A stretch of 64,000 nt of DNA from Bryobacteraceae bacterium (GTDB lineage Bacteria; Acidobacteriota; Terriglobia; Bryobacterales; Bryobacteraceae). The notes beneath the pieces were generated by a model. It searched no databases, was not told where the DNA came from, and worked only from the letters and a program-made list of their open reading frames with translations. The DNA is taken from positions 1,731 to 65,730 of the forward strand of contig DATBDT010000042.1 of NCBI GenBank assembly GCA_036269815.1, written 5' to 3'. Of this stretch, positions 39,211 to 50,675 are shown piece by piece. Made by a program: the position numbers and the translations under genes. The first letter of the stretch is position 1, and the number at the start of each line of letters is the position of its first letter.

Positions 39211-40699
39211 GTCGAGCGAATCTGTTTTGCTGGCTTTCGCTGGAGGACTGCTGGGTGTAGTGCTCGCATATCTCGGCGTGCCGGCAATTGTCGCCCTGAT
39301 GCCCGAATACTCGGTGCCGCACGAAGCAGTTATCCACGTGAACGGGATGGTTGTACTGTTTACGTTCCTGATCTCCGTAACCACCGGCATTCTGTTCGGC
39401 ATGGCTCCGGCACTTCAACTGGCCAAGCCCGGCGTTCGCGATGCGATGCAGGAGAGCGGACGCAGTTTCACCGGCAGCGCGCAAACCGGCAAGACGCGCA
39501 GCGTTCTCATCGTGGCCGAAGTGGCGCTTACGATGGTTCTTCTTGTGAGCGCGGGGATCGCGTTGCGAGGCTTTTTCGCCTTGACGCAGACACCTCTCGG
39601 CTTCGATTCGAGCAATGTCATGAGCTTCGTCGTCGAACCTCCGGAGGGAACTCATAAAACTTGGGAGAGCCGGCGTCTCTATTATCAAAAGATACTCGCC
39701 GCCCTGCGCACCGTGCCTGGTGTCAAATCTGCATCCGTCAGCGTTGCCGGGGTGCCGCGGCGGATCTACTTTCAGACGGAATTTCAGATAGCGGACCGTC
39801 CCGCTGCCTCTGCCCAGCGGACGTTGGTCGGTTTAATCGGCAGCGATTACTTCTCTACTATTCATGTGCCGCTGCTTCGCGGGCGCATTTTTACAGAGGG
39901 CGACTTCGACCGGCTTATGCATGTGGCGGTCATCAACGAAGAGATGCGCAAGCAATTCTGGAGCGATGGCCGCGATCCGATTGGAGCGGTCATCCGGGTT
40001 CCGCAAATGAAGTTTGAGGACAGCGCGTTTGTGATGACGCCGCCGAACTTCGATCCTGCTTTTCAGATTATCGGCGTGGTCGCAACCGCTCGTAATCAGG
40101 GATTACACGACGCACCGAAACCAGCGATTTACGTGCCGTACACCTTCGTAATGCCTCCCGGCTGCGCTTACTTGATACGTACCGCGTACGACCCTCACAA
40201 ATTTGAGAAGACCTTCCGCGAACGGGTCAAAAGCGTTGACCCGGAACAGCCGATCGCGCAAGAACGTACGCTCGACGAAGTGCTTTCGCTGCAGGAACGC
40301 GCTTACCCGCGCTTCAGCAGCACGCTGTTCACAATCTTCGCCGCGGTGGCGCTGCTGCTGGCTGCCAGCGGCATATATAGCGTGGTTTCTTTCGTCGTCA
40401 CGCAACGGACGCACGAGTTTGGAATAAGAATGGCGTTAGGCGCACGCGCCTGTAACGTCTTGCAGCTGGTCGCGGGAATGACCGCTAAGCTGATGCTCAC
40501 CGGCATCGCCATCGGATTGGGAGGAGCTTTTGCGCTCAGTAAGATCATCGGCGGATATGTGGAGGGCTGGGATCCCAAGGATCCGGTTGCTTTCATCGTC
40601 GTAACCGGCGTGATGCTCGGTGTCGGCCTTCTCGCTTGTTGGGCGCCTGCTTACCGGGCCGCCACCATCGCGCCGATGATTTCGCTTCGGCACGAATAG
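39206..40699 (+). pseudogene. ADOP/MacB-type duplicated FtsX permease lacking about the first third
   Basis: The ORF opens in the middle of the first FtsX domain (SESVLLAFAGGLLGVVLAYLG). A second periplasmic domain and a second FtsX domain (EFGIRMALGA...) follow. Full-length family members have a further N-terminal TM and periplasmic domain. Confidence 0.65.
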
Positions 40700-40706
40700 T
40701 AACTGC

Positions 40707-41195
40707 TTATGCGCCTTCTTCGAGAATATTGGGAACGTCAATACCCAGCGCCGTGGCCAAATCGTGTTGATGTTCCTGTTCTTGTGAAATGATTTTGCGG
40801 ATCTGCTCTGCCAAAGCATAGTGCCCTAACGCTTCGGCTTGTTTCACGCGGTTGCGATACGCCTTAATCGTTTCCGTCTCGTTATCCAGATCAAAGCGAA
40901 GCATCTCTTCCGGCTTTTCGGACAATTTCACTTCTTTCGGAGTGGCGTTCGGCATTCCGCCCAGATAGTCGATCTGGTCGCCGATGATCAGCGCATGCTG
41001 CAGTTCCTCATGCGCGTGTTTTTTCAACTCGCCGGCGATACTCATCCACTGCGCTCCTTTCAGAGCGTTGCTATAGACGGTGTAAGCGATGATCGCCTGA
41101 TACTCGCGAGATAAATCTTGCTGTAATCCATCGATTAGGTCCTGCACAGCCGGATTTTTGTTTTCTGCCATTGCATTCATACTGTAGCTCACCAC
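40707..41195 (-). CDS. Bacterioferritin-like (ferritin-like di-iron) protein
   Basis: Four-helix-bundle E..H motifs (REYQAI, HAHEELQH, LDNETE, QEQEHQHD) align to E. coli Bfr. The position of the haem-ligating Met is Leu here. Confidence 0.75.
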   Translation of the reverse strand: MVSYSMNAMAENKNPAVQDLIDGLQQDLSREYQAIIAYTVYSNALKGAQWMSIAGELKKHAHEELQHALIIGDQIDYLGGMPNATPKEVKLSEKPEEMLRFDLDNETETIKAYRNRVKQAEALGHYALAEQIRKIISQEQEHQHDLATALGIDVPNILEEGA

Positions 41196-41235
41196 GCTGG
41201 ATTCTCCGATGCGCGATCATAGATGAGTTACAAAC

Positions 41236-42204
41236 GTGACTGGCCTCTTCTCGAACATTTCCCAGCACGGGTATTTGATCCTGTTTGCCATCGTCCTGGC
41301 GGAGGCAATCGGTCTTCCTGTGCCCGCGGCTCTCGCATTGCTGATTGCCGGCGGAAGCAGCGCGAAAGGCTCGCTGCATTTCGGTGGCGTTCTGCTGACG
41401 TCTTGCTCCGCCCTCCTGATAGGAGACGCGGTTCTGTTTGTGCTTGGGCGGTCCACCGGATGGTGGCTGCTGGCGGTTTTGTGCAGGCTGTCGCTCCATC
41501 CCGACTCCTGCATTCTGCGTTCGGCTCAATCATTCCACCGCTATGGACGAACGGTGCTTGTGTTCGTAAAGTTCGTGCCGGGAATCAACACGCTCGCCGC
41601 GCCGCTCGCCGGCAGCATGAACATGCGATTCGAACGGTTCTTTCTGATCGATGTTGCGGGGGCCTTACTTTACGCTCTCGCCTGGAGCGGAGCGGGATTC
41701 CTTTTCAGCGATGTCCTTGCGCCGTTGACGAAGGGATATGAAACGGGCGGCCGCCTTCTCGTCTCGCTTGTCTCGTTCGCCATTGCTATTTACTTCATTT
41801 ATCGAATCTGGCTGCTGCTGAAATCCGGAAGGTTGAGTTATGTTCCTCGCGTATCGGCATCTGAAATCGCGCGGCGGCTCTACTCGGATCTGCACGACGA
41901 CATGGTGGTCTTCGATGTCCGCAGTCATGGATACTACAGCACCAAAGCGATTCGCATTAAAGGGTCGTCCCGGATTGACCCGAACCTGCTGGTTGAGCAG
42001 GTTGAAAGCTTGCCGAAGGATAAAGAGATTGTGCTTTATTGCACGTGTCAAAGAGAAGCGACCAGCATCAATGTCGCGCGTATTCTCCAGAAGCACGGCT
42101 TTCGGACGTCGATCATCAAAGGCGGTCTGCGCGCCTGGAAGAAAGGAGGACACCCGTTAGAATCCGTTCCAGCTGACGACATCGTCCTCCTGCCTACTTT
42201 TTAG
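41236..42204 (+). CDS. DedA/VTT-family membrane protein fused to a C-terminal rhodanese domain
   Basis: The DedA core is YLILFAIVLAEAIGLPVPAA...FVKFVPGINTLAAPLAG. The rhodanese part is VVFDVRS...IVLYCTCQREATS...GGLRAWKKGG, with an active-site-loop Cys. GTG start. Confidence 0.8.
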   Translation: MTGLFSNISQHGYLILFAIVLAEAIGLPVPAALALLIAGGSSAKGSLHFGGVLLTSCSALLIGDAVLFVLGRSTGWWLLAVLCRLSLHPDSCILRSAQSFHRYGRTVLVFVKFVPGINTLAAPLAGSMNMRFERFFLIDVAGALLYALAWSGAGFLFSDVLAPLTKGYETGGRLLVSLVSFAIAIYFIYRIWLLLKSGRLSYVPRVSASEIARRLYSDLHDDMVVFDVRSHGYYSTKAIRIKGSSRIDPNLLVEQVESLPKDKEIVLYCTCQREATSINVARILQKHGFRTSIIKGGLRAWKKGGHPLESVPADDIVLLPTF

Positions 42205-42228
42205 ATTCGAAATGCGACGCTGATAGCG

Positions 42229-42819
42229 ATGGTGAAGTTTGTTGCGTTCTTTTCCACGCTGGGGTTGATTTGCATACTGCTGCTGGTCGTCCTGTATCTG
42301 GTTGTTTTCGGACACGGTAGCGCGATTCGAACCATCGATTCAGCCGGGATTGTCAAAGAGGTCCATCAGCTGAACGAATTAGTAACTGTCCGCTACAGCA
42401 TCGAGAAAGTTGTCGGCATGAAGGAGCAGAAGTCTCCGATTGGAGAAGAATCAATTCTCCTTTTAGTTCGAGGCAAGGTGCTGGCCGGAATCGATTTGAG
42501 CCAACTGACTGCTGACGATGTGGTTGTGTCTCATCGCGACACGGTGCGGATGCGGCTCCCTGCCCCGCACATAGAAGAAGCGTTCCTTGATGAAAAGTAC
42601 ACCAAGGTGTGGGACCGCAGCATCACGTGGTGGACGCCGTGGGTGACGCCGGATCCTGATTTGGAACACAAAGCGCGAATGCAGGCGTTGACCGACATCA
42701 AAACCGAAGCAGTCGATATGGGCATCATCGCCGACGCGCAGCGGAACGCCGAGACAGATATTCGAAGTACGTTGATGGCGTTCGGAATCAAGAAAGTCGC
42801 GTTTGCGAACGGCGATTGA
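42229..42819 (+). CDS. DUF4230 domain membrane-anchored protein
   Basis: An N-terminal TM, then VKEVHQLNELVTVRYSIEKVV...LLLVRGKVLAGIDLSQL, typical of DUF4230. Confidence 0.7.
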   Translation: MVKFVAFFSTLGLICILLLVVLYLVVFGHGSAIRTIDSAGIVKEVHQLNELVTVRYSIEKVVGMKEQKSPIGEESILLLVRGKVLAGIDLSQLTADDVVVSHRDTVRMRLPAPHIEEAFLDEKYTKVWDRSITWWTPWVTPDPDLEHKARMQALTDIKTEAVDMGIIADAQRNAETDIRSTLMAFGIKKVAFANGD

Positions 42820-42821
42820 CG

Positions 42822-42844
42822 GGGTTTTTCCCGTCTATAAAAAG
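42822..42844. repeat. 23-nt motif GGGTTTTTCCCGTCTATAAAAAG, copy 2
   Basis: Identical to 1389-1411. Here GACGGG (42818-42823) and CCCGTC (42830-42835) form a perfect 6-bp hairpin that includes part of the stop codon. Confidence 0.7.
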
Positions 42845-43039
42845 TGCTGGCGGGTGTTTTAACTGCACTTTCGAGGAATGTTCCTTTAGTATCAACAACT
42901 TAGCTGGTATTTTTAAGTTCCGCGAACGAGGTTTGGTGTAGGTTGCGGTTAGAGCGGAAAGGGTAATAACGGGGATTGAGTGCATAGAGGAGAATAGGGG
43001 TAGGCCCTCCTGACAGTCGCCCTCTAATACGAAAAACGG

Positions 43040-45799
43040 ATGTTGCAAAGTATCACCGTGCATGGCGCGCGCCAGCACAATTTAAAGAATATAAACGTCG
43101 AAATACCGCGCAACACGTTCACCGTCATCACCGGTCTGAGCGGTTCGGGGAAGAGTTCGCTCGCCTTCGACACGATTTATGCGGAAGGGCAGCGGCGGTA
43201 TGTGGAAACGCTCTCGCCGTACGCGCGGCAATTCCTGGATCAGATGGAACGTCCGGAAGTCGATTCGATAGACGGGCTGAGTCCGGCTATTTCGATCGAG
43301 CAGAAAACAACCTCGCGCAGCCCGCGTTCGACGGTTGGAACGGTGACGGAAATCTACGACTACGTCCGGCTGCTGTATGCGTCCGTTGGGATACCGCACT
43401 GCCCGCTCTGTGGGGCCGAGATCGCACGCCAATCGCCGTCGCAGATCCTGGAACAGGTGTTCACGGAACACCAAGGCGGCCGCATTTCGGTGTTTGCCCC
43501 GATCGCCCGGGGACGCAAGGGCGAGTACAAAAAGGAATTGGAAGCGGTAGCCAAAGCGGGCTTCCGGGCGCGCGTCGACGGCGAACTTCTGGCGCTGGAG
43601 GAGATCCCGAAGCTTGACAAGCGGAAGAATCACACGATCGAAGTTCTGATCGATCGCATCGCGGTGAAGCCCGGAAGCGAGCAGCGGCTGGAGAACTCAG
43701 TGCAAACGGCGCTCAAATGGGCGGACGGCATGGTCGTCATCGCTCCGGCGGAAGGCGCCGAGCGTCTGTACTCAGAAAAACTGGCTTGCCCGAACGACGG
43801 CACCAGCATCCCACAGCTGGAACCGCGTTCGTTCTCCTTCAACAGTCCATACGGAGCATGTGAAGCCTGCAAAGGAGTGGGCAGCACCTGGACGTTCGAT
43901 CCGCTGAAGGTGGTTGCCGATCCATCGAAGCCGCTGCTCGATGGCGCTCTTGGACCCGGGGGCAGTTCGGCAAACATGACCACTGCGATTTCGGAGTTTG
44001 CCGAGAAAGCAAAGATTGACCTCAGCGTGCCGTTTGAAGAGTTGCCAAAGCGGACGCGCAACATGCTTCTCAACGGGAATGCGCAGTTTGCGGGCATCCT
44101 ATCGATCCTCGACAATACGTTCAACCGGTCGACCGACATGTATCGGGAGTGGCTGATGGACTATATGTCGCCGGCCGAGTGCGGCGCATGCAAAGGGCAA
44201 CGCCTGAAGCCCTCCAGCCTGGCGGTCAAAGTGAAGGGCCTGTCGGTCGCAGAGTTCACGGAGATGCCGCTGGCGCGGGCGCTGCCGCTGGTTCGCACAT
44301 GGAATTTCTCGGAGCGGGAGACACAGATTGTCGGGCGTGTGGTGGAAGAGATTCGCAATCGCCTGGAGTTTCTCGCGGCCGTTGGTCTGGATTACCTGAA
44401 CCTGGCACGCTCGTCGGCAACGCTGTCCGGCGGTGAGGCGCAGCGAATTCGCCTGGCGACGCAGATCGGATCGAAGCTGCGCGGCGTTTTGTATGTACTC
44501 GACGAGCCATCCATCGGGCTGCATCCGCGCGATAACGAACGTCTGTTACTTACGTTGCGACACTTGCGGGATCTCGGCAACACGGTGCTGGTGGTCGAGC
44601 ATGACGCGGAGACGATCGAATCCGCCGATTATGTGATTGACCTCGGTCCTCGTGCCGGGCGATTGGGCGGGGAGCTGATCGCGCAAGGCGCCCCACAGCA
44701 AATCCTGGCGGCCGCCAACTCGATCACCGGCGACTATCTGTCAGGTCGCGCCAGCATTCCGGTTCCGGCCGTACGCCGCGCCGGCAATGGCCTGAAGGTA
44801 GTCGTCAAAGGAGCGCGCGAGCACAACCTGAAAGACGTCACGGTTGCTTTTCCGCTGGGTACGCTCACGGTGGTCACGGGAGTTTCCGGAAGCGGCAAGT
44901 CAACTCTGATCCACGACATCCTGTACCGCGCACTTTCGAAAGAAATCTACGGTTCGCACGCGATGCCCGGAGTGCACGACAGCATTTCCGGGCTGGAACA
45001 CATCGACAAAATTATCGAGATCGATCAAAGCCCGATCGGGCGTACGCCGCGCTCGAACCCCGCCACGTACACCGGTCTCTTCTCGCCCATCCGGGATATT
45101 TATGCCATGCTCCCCGAATCGCGGGAACGCGGGTACAAGGCCGGACGCTTCAGCTTTAACGTGAAGGGCGGCCGCTGCGAGGCGTGCCAGGGCGATGGTT
45201 TGAAGCGCATCGAAATGAATTTCCTTCCGGACGTCTATGTCACTTGCGACGTTTGCCGCGGGCGCCGGTATAACTCGGAAACACTGCAAGTGAAGTATCG
45301 GGGCAAAAGCATTGCCGACCTGTTGGAGATGACGGTCGATGATGCGCTGGAATTGCTGGAGAACATCCCGCAGGTTTACGCAAAGCTGAAGACGCTGGCC
45401 GATGTGGGGCTCGGTTATGTGCACCTGGGGCAATCGTCGACAACACTTTCCGGCGGCGAAGCGCAACGAATCAAGCTGGCGAAGGAGCTGAGCAAGCGGC
45501 AGACCGGGAAGACCTTCTACCTGCTGGATGAGCCGACGACCGGGTTGCACTTCGAAGATGTGCGGCACCTGCTGGATGTTTTACAGCGGCTGGTGGATCT
45601 GGGGAATACGGTGGTTGTGATTGAGCATAATCTGGACGTGGTGAAGAGCGCGGATTACCTGATCGACCTGGGACCGGAGGGCGGGGAGGGTGGCGGACGC
45701 ATTGTCGCCACGGGAACTCCTGAAGCGGTGGTGCAAAACCGGCAAAGCTACACAGCGCAGGCGCTACGCAAAATGATGAAGGCGTCTAATGGAACCTGA
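43040..45799 (+). CDS. uvrA: Excinuclease ABC subunit A
   Basis: [20 protein letters not shown], two ABC signature/Walker sets, Zn-finger Cys pairs and [12 protein letters not shown] / [12 protein letters not shown]. Confidence 0.95.
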   Translation: MLQSITVHGARQHNLKNINVEIPRNTFTVITGLSGSGKSSLAFDTIYAEGQRRYVETLSPYARQFLDQMERPEVDSIDGLSPAISIEQKTTSRSPRSTVGTVTEIYDYVRLLYASVGIPHCPLCGAEIARQSPSQILEQVFTEHQGGRISVFAPIARGRKGEYKKELEAVAKAGFRARVDGELLALEEIPKLDKRKNHTIEVLIDRIAVKPGSEQRLENSVQTALKWADGMVVIAPAEGAERLYSEKLACPNDGTSIPQLEPRSFSFNSPYGACEACKGVGSTWTFDPLKVVADPSKPLLDGALGPGGSSANMTTAISEFAEKAKIDLSVPFEELPKRTRNMLLNGNAQFAGILSILDNTFNRSTDMYREWLMDYMSPAECGACKGQRLKPSSLAVKVKGLSVAEFTEMPLARALPLVRTWNFSERETQIVGRVVEEIRNRLEFLAAVGLDYLNLARSSATLSGGEAQRIRLATQIGSKLRGVLYVLDEPSIGLHPRDNERLLLTLRHLRDLGNTVLVVEHDAETIESADYVIDLGPRAGRLGGELIAQGAPQQILAAANSITGDYLSGRASIPVPAVRRAGNGLKVVVKGAREHNLKDVTVAFPLGTLTVVTGVSGSGKSTLIHDILYRALSKEIYGSHAMPGVHDSISGLEHIDKIIEIDQSPIGRTPRSNPATYTGLFSPIRDIYAMLPESRERGYKAGRFSFNVKGGRCEACQGDGLKRIEMNFLPDVYVTCDVCRGRRYNSETLQVKYRGKSIADLLEMTVDDALELLENIPQVYAKLKTLADVGLGYVHLGQSSTTLSGGEAQRIKLAKELSKRQTGKTFYLLDEPTTGLHFEDVRHLLDVLQRLVDLGNTVVVIEHNLDVVKSADYLIDLGPEGGEGGGRIVATGTPEAVVQNRQSYTAQALRKMMKASNGT

Positions 45800-46604
45800 T
45801 CCGATCGACGAACTGCCGATCGCGCCGCCTCCGGTTGTAGAGTTCGCTCCTCCGGAGCCGTTGCCAGAAGCGCCCGCCGCGGTGCCCGGGCCAGCGAAGC
45901 CGCCGCGCCAGCCGTTCTGGGGCTATCTTGATTTGCTCCTCTTTATCGGCCTGGCGGTGGGATTAACGGTGATTTTGCTGGTGCCGGTGGTCGTATACGC
46001 GAAGGTCGGCAATCCACAGTCCGCGCAGACGATCGCTCTCGATCTGGGAGCGCAAGCGGTTTTGTACGCTGCTATCTATTTCGCGTTCAAGATTGTCTTC
46101 GCGACCCGCTATCATCAGCCGGTATTCCGCTCGCTCGGCTGGCGCCGCGGGATCGTCCGTCCGGGAGTCTACGCGCTTTTGGGAGTCCTGCTCGCTATTG
46201 GGGTGCAAGGGCTTCTGCAACTGCTTCGTACACCGGAAGTAAAGTCGCCGGTCGAAAACCTGATCGATTCCCGCCTTACTTTATTCCTTGTCGGGGTACT
46301 GGCCGTGGTTGCGGCACCGATCTTTGAAGAAGCTGTTTTTCGCGGGTTTTTGCAGCCGCTGTTTTCGCGAACATTCGGGACCATCGCCGGTATCTTGATC
46401 ACTGCGGCGCTGTTCGGAGGCTTGCACTGGACCGAATATTCCGGTGTTTGGCAGTATGCGGCGGCCATTACGATACTCGGTATCGTCTTCGGTTGGATCC
46501 GCGCGCGGACAAATTCCTTGATTCCGTCCACAATCATGCACGCCTGTCACAACGGCGTCGCGGTTGTCGGCTTAATTATCAGTAAGTATTCCCATCTCAA
46601 ATGA
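45789..46604 (+). CDS. CPBP-family intramembrane glutamic endopeptidase (CAAX protease-like)
   Basis: [15 protein letters not shown] and MHACHNG motifs. A Pro-rich N-terminus is followed by TM helices. It overlaps uvrA by 11 nt and mtnA by 4 nt. Confidence 0.8.
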   Translation: MEPDPIDELPIAPPPVVEFAPPEPLPEAPAAVPGPAKPPRQPFWGYLDLLLFIGLAVGLTVILLVPVVVYAKVGNPQSAQTIALDLGAQAVLYAAIYFAFKIVFATRYHQPVFRSLGWRRGIVRPGVYALLGVLLAIGVQGLLQLLRTPEVKSPVENLIDSRLTLFLVGVLAVVAAPIFEEAVFRGFLQPLFSRTFGTIAGILITAALFGGLHWTEYSGVWQYAAAITILGIVFGWIRARTNSLIPSTIMHACHNGVAVVGLIISKYSHLK

Positions 46605-47656
46605 CTCCTTCCGCTGTCTTGACACGAAAAACAGTTGAAACCATCGAGTGGACGCCGGATGGCGTCGTCATGATCGATCAGACGCGGCTTCCGCACGAAG
46701 AGATCTTCGTCACGTGCCGCAGTTACACGGAAGTTGCGGACGCGATTCGAGACATGATCATTCGCGGCGCACCGGCCATTGGCGTCGCCGCGGCCATGGG
46801 CGTCGCGATCGGTGCGCTGCACGCGAACGATCTGGAAGCGGAGATGCCGGTGATCTGCGAGACGCTGGCTCGGACGCGTCCCACGGCAGTGAATCTGTTC
46901 TGGGCAATCGAGCGCATGAAGCAGGTCTATGCCGGGGTTCGGCATCAGGAACTCAGCGCGATCCGCGAGCGTTTGATTGAAGAAGCGCAGCGCGTGCGCA
47001 CTGAAGACATCGCGATCAACGAAGCGATCGGCCGCAATGGCGCGGAGTTGATTCCGGATGGCAAGACGATACTGACTCACTGCAACGCTGGGGCGCTGGC
47101 GACGGCCGGTTTTGGAACTGCACTGGGGGTTATTCGCGCGGCACACCTGGCGGGAAAGAAGATCGATGTTTTTGCCGATGAAACCCGTCCGTTTTTGCAA
47201 GGCGCGCGCTTGACCGCTTGGGAGCTGCAGCGCGATGGGATCGACACGACGCTGATTGCGGACAATATGGCCGGGCACTTTTTGAAGAGCGGCCGGATCG
47301 GCTGCGTTGTTGTGGGCGCAGACCGGATTGCGGCCAATGGCGATGTGGCGAACAAAATCGGGACCTACGGGGTCGCGGTGCTGGCGAAAGAGAACGGTGT
47401 TCCGTTCTATGTGGCGGCTCCGATTTCGACGCTTGATCTAACGCTGGCGTCGGGGGCGGAGATTCCGATTGAAGAGCGGCCGGCAAAAGAAGTGACGCAT
47501 GTGCATGGCGTGCATGTCGCTCCGGCGAACATCAAGGTCGCGAATCCGGCGTTTGATGTTACGCCGAATCGTTATGTTACGGCGATTATCACGGAGCGGG
47601 GTGTGGCACGGGCGCCTTATGGGGAGAGTTTGGCGGGTTTGAAACGGCAGGTCTGA
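46601..47656 (+). CDS. mtnA: S-methyl-5-thioribose-1-phosphate isomerase
   Basis: [67 protein letters not shown]. Confidence 0.9.
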   Translation: MTPSAVLTRKTVETIEWTPDGVVMIDQTRLPHEEIFVTCRSYTEVADAIRDMIIRGAPAIGVAAAMGVAIGALHANDLEAEMPVICETLARTRPTAVNLFWAIERMKQVYAGVRHQELSAIRERLIEEAQRVRTEDIAINEAIGRNGAELIPDGKTILTHCNAGALATAGFGTALGVIRAAHLAGKKIDVFADETRPFLQGARLTAWELQRDGIDTTLIADNMAGHFLKSGRIGCVVVGADRIAANGDVANKIGTYGVAVLAKENGVPFYVAAPISTLDLTLASGAEIPIEERPAKEVTHVHGVHVAPANIKVANPAFDVTPNRYVTAIITERGVARAPYGESLAGLKRQV

Positions 47657-48036
47657 GGATGGCTACCGGCCAGGGAAGTTAAGGGCTCCAGGTGCGGTTT
47701 GCGTCTCATGATCATCGATCTTGTGGAATGGAACCCGGGGCTGCCGGGGCATTCACCACTTCATTGAACCTCTGTCGAGTCTGAATTCGATTGATTTCGT
47801 CAAGCGCATGTTGGCGCACGAGCAATGGAAATCGGGTGTCACTTAGAAACTCTGGCAAGTGCAATGCGAGGTTCACTGTAAGCGCGAACCGGAGTCCGTA
47901 AATTCCCCCCTTTTGAGACATCGGCTCCATCTACTTGCCCGCTGAATAGATAAACCATTGGTTGGATCGACGATGCCGCCTCTCCGCAAGCCACGGCGAA
48001 GAGTCGCCGACCTTACGTCAAGGTGGATTTCTAAAC
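47579..48036. repeat. Direct repeat copy A (mtnA 3' end + AKR remnant), paralogous to 51710-52532
   Basis: Aligned by eye with a 77-nt perfect core (47623-47699 = 51755-51831). Copy A lacks a 363-bp block that copy B retains (51938-52300). Confidence 0.85.
47712..47930 (-). pseudogene. Aldo/keto reductase remnant (copy A, internally deleted)
   Basis: LDEINRIQTRQRFNEVVN is an AKR C-terminal-type segment. It is joined directly to VNLALHLPEFL, which lies 363 bp away in copy B. Confidence 0.5.
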
Positions 48037-48171
48037 GCTGGGCCGCTAGGCGCGAGCTATTCCACGCTCATGGCTACCTTGAGATAAACGGCACTTCGCA
48101 GTCCGCAGATGGGCTACGGCCGCACTCCTGCAGATCATTGGAGCTGGCAAATTTCTTTTACCATTCGACCG

Positions 48172-50673
48172 TCACTGGACGGCTAATGCAAAATCCGTTC
48201 GGAGCCGTTGAAGTGATGCGCGTTGGGTGGTTGTCAGGTTTTCCGGACTGAGCTTAAACTCGACTCGGTTTAGCGTGCCAGTGAACTTGAACGGCATCTT
48301 CGCGTCGTACTCGTCGATCACCGGCGATCCGGTATCCTGACCGACGTCAAAACTCTCGTCGAGCGAAAACCGGAGCGCTTGCGTTAGCTCGATGCGACCC
48401 TCCGCCACCTTTTTTCCGTCAACCGCAAGCGTTCCCTGTCCTCCCTTGCCGGCGCCTCCGCCGTCGTAGGCAAAGTCGAAGACGATGGCGTGCTTGCCAG
48501 GCACGAGCGGCTCACTTGCCGCGATGCGTGTTTTGTACTTTTCCTGATAACGGTACTTATCACCGTCCTGATTGGAGAAGGCGTAGGCGAACATTGGTTT
48601 GTGGTCGAGCACGAGCAAAGCCCAGCCGCCGAACCGTCCGCCCTGCGTAACTATGACGCCGTCAGCCCCACCCTGCGGGACCTCTACATCCGCGGTTATT
48701 TGAAATGACTTGTTCTTAATATCCGGGGCGTTCGCTTCGGGTATGCGAATCATACCGGGATAGTAGGTAAACTCGGTGCGGCCGGTGTTAAAGTTGGGGC
48801 GCAGCGCCGGGTTCGCCCGGTCGGCAAAACTGGAATCGATAGGCAGCACGTTGTGCCTGGCCGCCTCAATCAGAAAAAGCGATTTGAGCTCCTCAAGTTT
48901 CTCAGGATTCTGCTTGGCCAAATTGTTGGATTGACTGAAGTCCTGTGCGACGTTGTAGAGCTCCCAAGGAAAGGCATCCGGGTCAGGGTCCACTCCCGAA
49001 ACCACCCACGGGAATCGTAATGGTGTAGTGCTGGCCATCCAGCCATCGTGGTAAAGACCGCGATTCGCCGCGATCTCGAAATACTGGGTCGTGTGCCGCA
49101 TGGGGGCCTTTCCGTCATCGAACGTATAAGCCATGCTGACGCCTTCAAACGGCATCTGGGACGTGCCGTTGAGCATCATCGGAGCTTGGATTCCGGTGGC
49201 CTCCAGAATCGTTGGTAAAACGTCGATCACATGATGAAACTGCGGACGAATTTCACCATGGGCCTTGATTCGCGCCGGCCAGCTAACTGCCATGCCGTTC
49301 CGTGTTCCACCGAAATGTGACGCGACTTGCTTCGTCCACTGGAACGGCGTGTCCATCGCATGCGCCCAACCGACGGGATAGTGGTTGTAAGTACGGTCGC
49401 CTCCCAATTGATCCATCATCGACACCAGGAACGGGAGCGACTCCGGTTTCGGGGCCCCCTCGCCCATCTCGTTAGTGGTGCCCTGCAATGTGCCTTCACC
49501 ACTCGCGCCGTTGTCGCCCTCGATGTAGATCACCAGTGTGTTGTCGAGTTGGCCGGACGCTTCCAGACTGTCGATCAGGCGGCCGATTTCATAATCGCTC
49601 TGAGCGACCGCGGCTGCGTACACTTCCATCATTCGGGCGTAAACTCTCTTCTGATCCGCATTGAGCGAATCCCACGCAGGGATCTCCTTTGGGCGCGGCG
49701 TCAGCACCGTGTCGGGCGGCACGATGCCCAACTTCTTTTGGTTCTCCAAAGTCATCTCCCGTTGCTTGTCCCAGCCATAGTCGAATTTCCCTTTGAACTT
49801 AGCGATCCAGTCCCTGGTCGCATGGTGTGGAGCGTGCCCATTCCCCGGTGCGAAATACAGGAAGAAGGGTTTGTCGGGCGCGATCGCATGCTGGGTGCGT
49901 ATCCAGTTGATCGCACGGTCAGTCATATCGCGGATCAGGATGTAATTCGGGTCTCCGAACGGAGGCAAAACCGGTTTCGTGTTCTCGAAGAGCGCCGGAT
50001 GCCAGTTATCCGTATCGCCGCCGAGGAAGCCATAGAAATACTCAAAGCCCATCCCGCTTGGCCACTGGTCGAAAGGGCCGTCCGGGCTTTCCAGCCAATC
50101 CGGTATCAGGTGATTCTTGCCGAACCATGACGTGTTGTAACCATTCCCGACCAGGATGTTGCCGATTGTGCCCGCGCTCTTCGGCATGATCGAGTTGTAG
50201 CCCGGAAACCCTGTCGCGAACTCCGAAATATCGCCAAACCCCACGCTGTGATGATTGCGGCCGGTCAGCAGGGCGGCCCGGGTCGGCGAGCAAAGTGCCG
50301 TTGTGTGGAAATTGTTATAACGAAGACCCCTCTGGGCGATGCGCTCAAGCGTCGGTGTTGGGATGGGGCCACCGAAGGTACTGGAGGCGCCAAAGCCGGT
50401 GTCGTCGGTCATGATCAGCAGAACATTGGGGGCGCCTTTTGGAGCAGTCACCGCTTTGGGGAAGTCCGGTTTGGATTCCTTAGCCTTACGTCCTATGACG
50501 CCTCCGAAAGGCGCTTCCGGAGCGGGCAGCACCAGTGCGCCGCCCGTCGCCGGTTTCTCCGCAGCATTCTGCTGGGCGTGAACTTTTGTGGGAAACCAAT
50601 CGGATGCCGCCAGCCACCCGAGTAGCGCACCGGCCAAAAGCACCGTGATAAGAACTCTTCTTCGCTGCATCAC
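48172..50673 (-). CDS. Arylsulfatase (formylglycine-dependent, large type with C-terminal domain)
   Basis: [14 protein letters not shown], the FGly motif [12 protein letters not shown], and GKNH. The RR-containing signal is [20 protein letters not shown] strong SD lies upstream. Confidence 0.9.
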   Translation of the reverse strand: MMQRRRVLITVLLAGALLGWLAASDWFPTKVHAQQNAAEKPATGGALVLPAPEAPFGGVIGRKAKESKPDFPKAVTAPKGAPNVLLIMTDDTGFGASSTFGGPIPTPTLERIAQRGLRYNNFHTTALCSPTRAALLTGRNHHSVGFGDISEFATGFPGYNSIMPKSAGTIGNILVGNGYNTSWFGKNHLIPDWLESPDGPFDQWPSGMGFEYFYGFLGGDTDNWHPALFENTKPVLPPFGDPNYILIRDMTDRAINWIRTQHAIAPDKPFFLYFAPGNGHAPHHATRDWIAKFKGKFDYGWDKQREMTLENQKKLGIVPPDTVLTPRPKEIPAWDSLNADQKRVYARMMEVYAAAVAQSDYEIGRLIDSLEASGQLDNTLVIYIEGDNGASGEGTLQGTTNEMGEGAPKPESLPFLVSMMDQLGGDRTYNHYPVGWAHAMDTPFQWTKQVASHFGGTRNGMAVSWPARIKAHGEIRPQFHHVIDVLPTILEATGIQAPMMLNGTSQMPFEGVSMAYTFDDGKAPMRHTTQYFEIAANRGLYHDGWMASTTPLRFPWVVSGVDPDPDAFPWELYNVAQDFSQSNNLAKQNPEKLEELKSLFLIEAARHNVLPIDSSFADRANPALRPNFNTGRTEFTYYPGMIRIPEANAPDIKNKSFQITADVEVPQGGADGVIVTQGGRFGGWALLVLDHKPMFAYAFSNQDGDKYRYQEKYKTRIAASEPLVPGKHAIVFDFAYDGGGAGKGGQGTLAVDGKKVAEGRIELTQALRFSLDESFDVGQDTGSPVIDEYDAKMPFKFTGTLNRVEFKLSPENLTTTQRASLQRLRTDFALAVQ

Positions 50674-50675
50674 CT

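Noticed and set aside
42845-43039. Searched the uvrA upstream region for an SOS/LexA box, including the GTTC-N7-GTTC direct-repeat type reported for Acidobacterium and Alphaproteobacteria.
   Set aside because: Only isolated GTTC tetramers are present (e.g. aatGTTCctttagtatca, aaGTTCcgcgaacgagg), with no correctly spaced partner.
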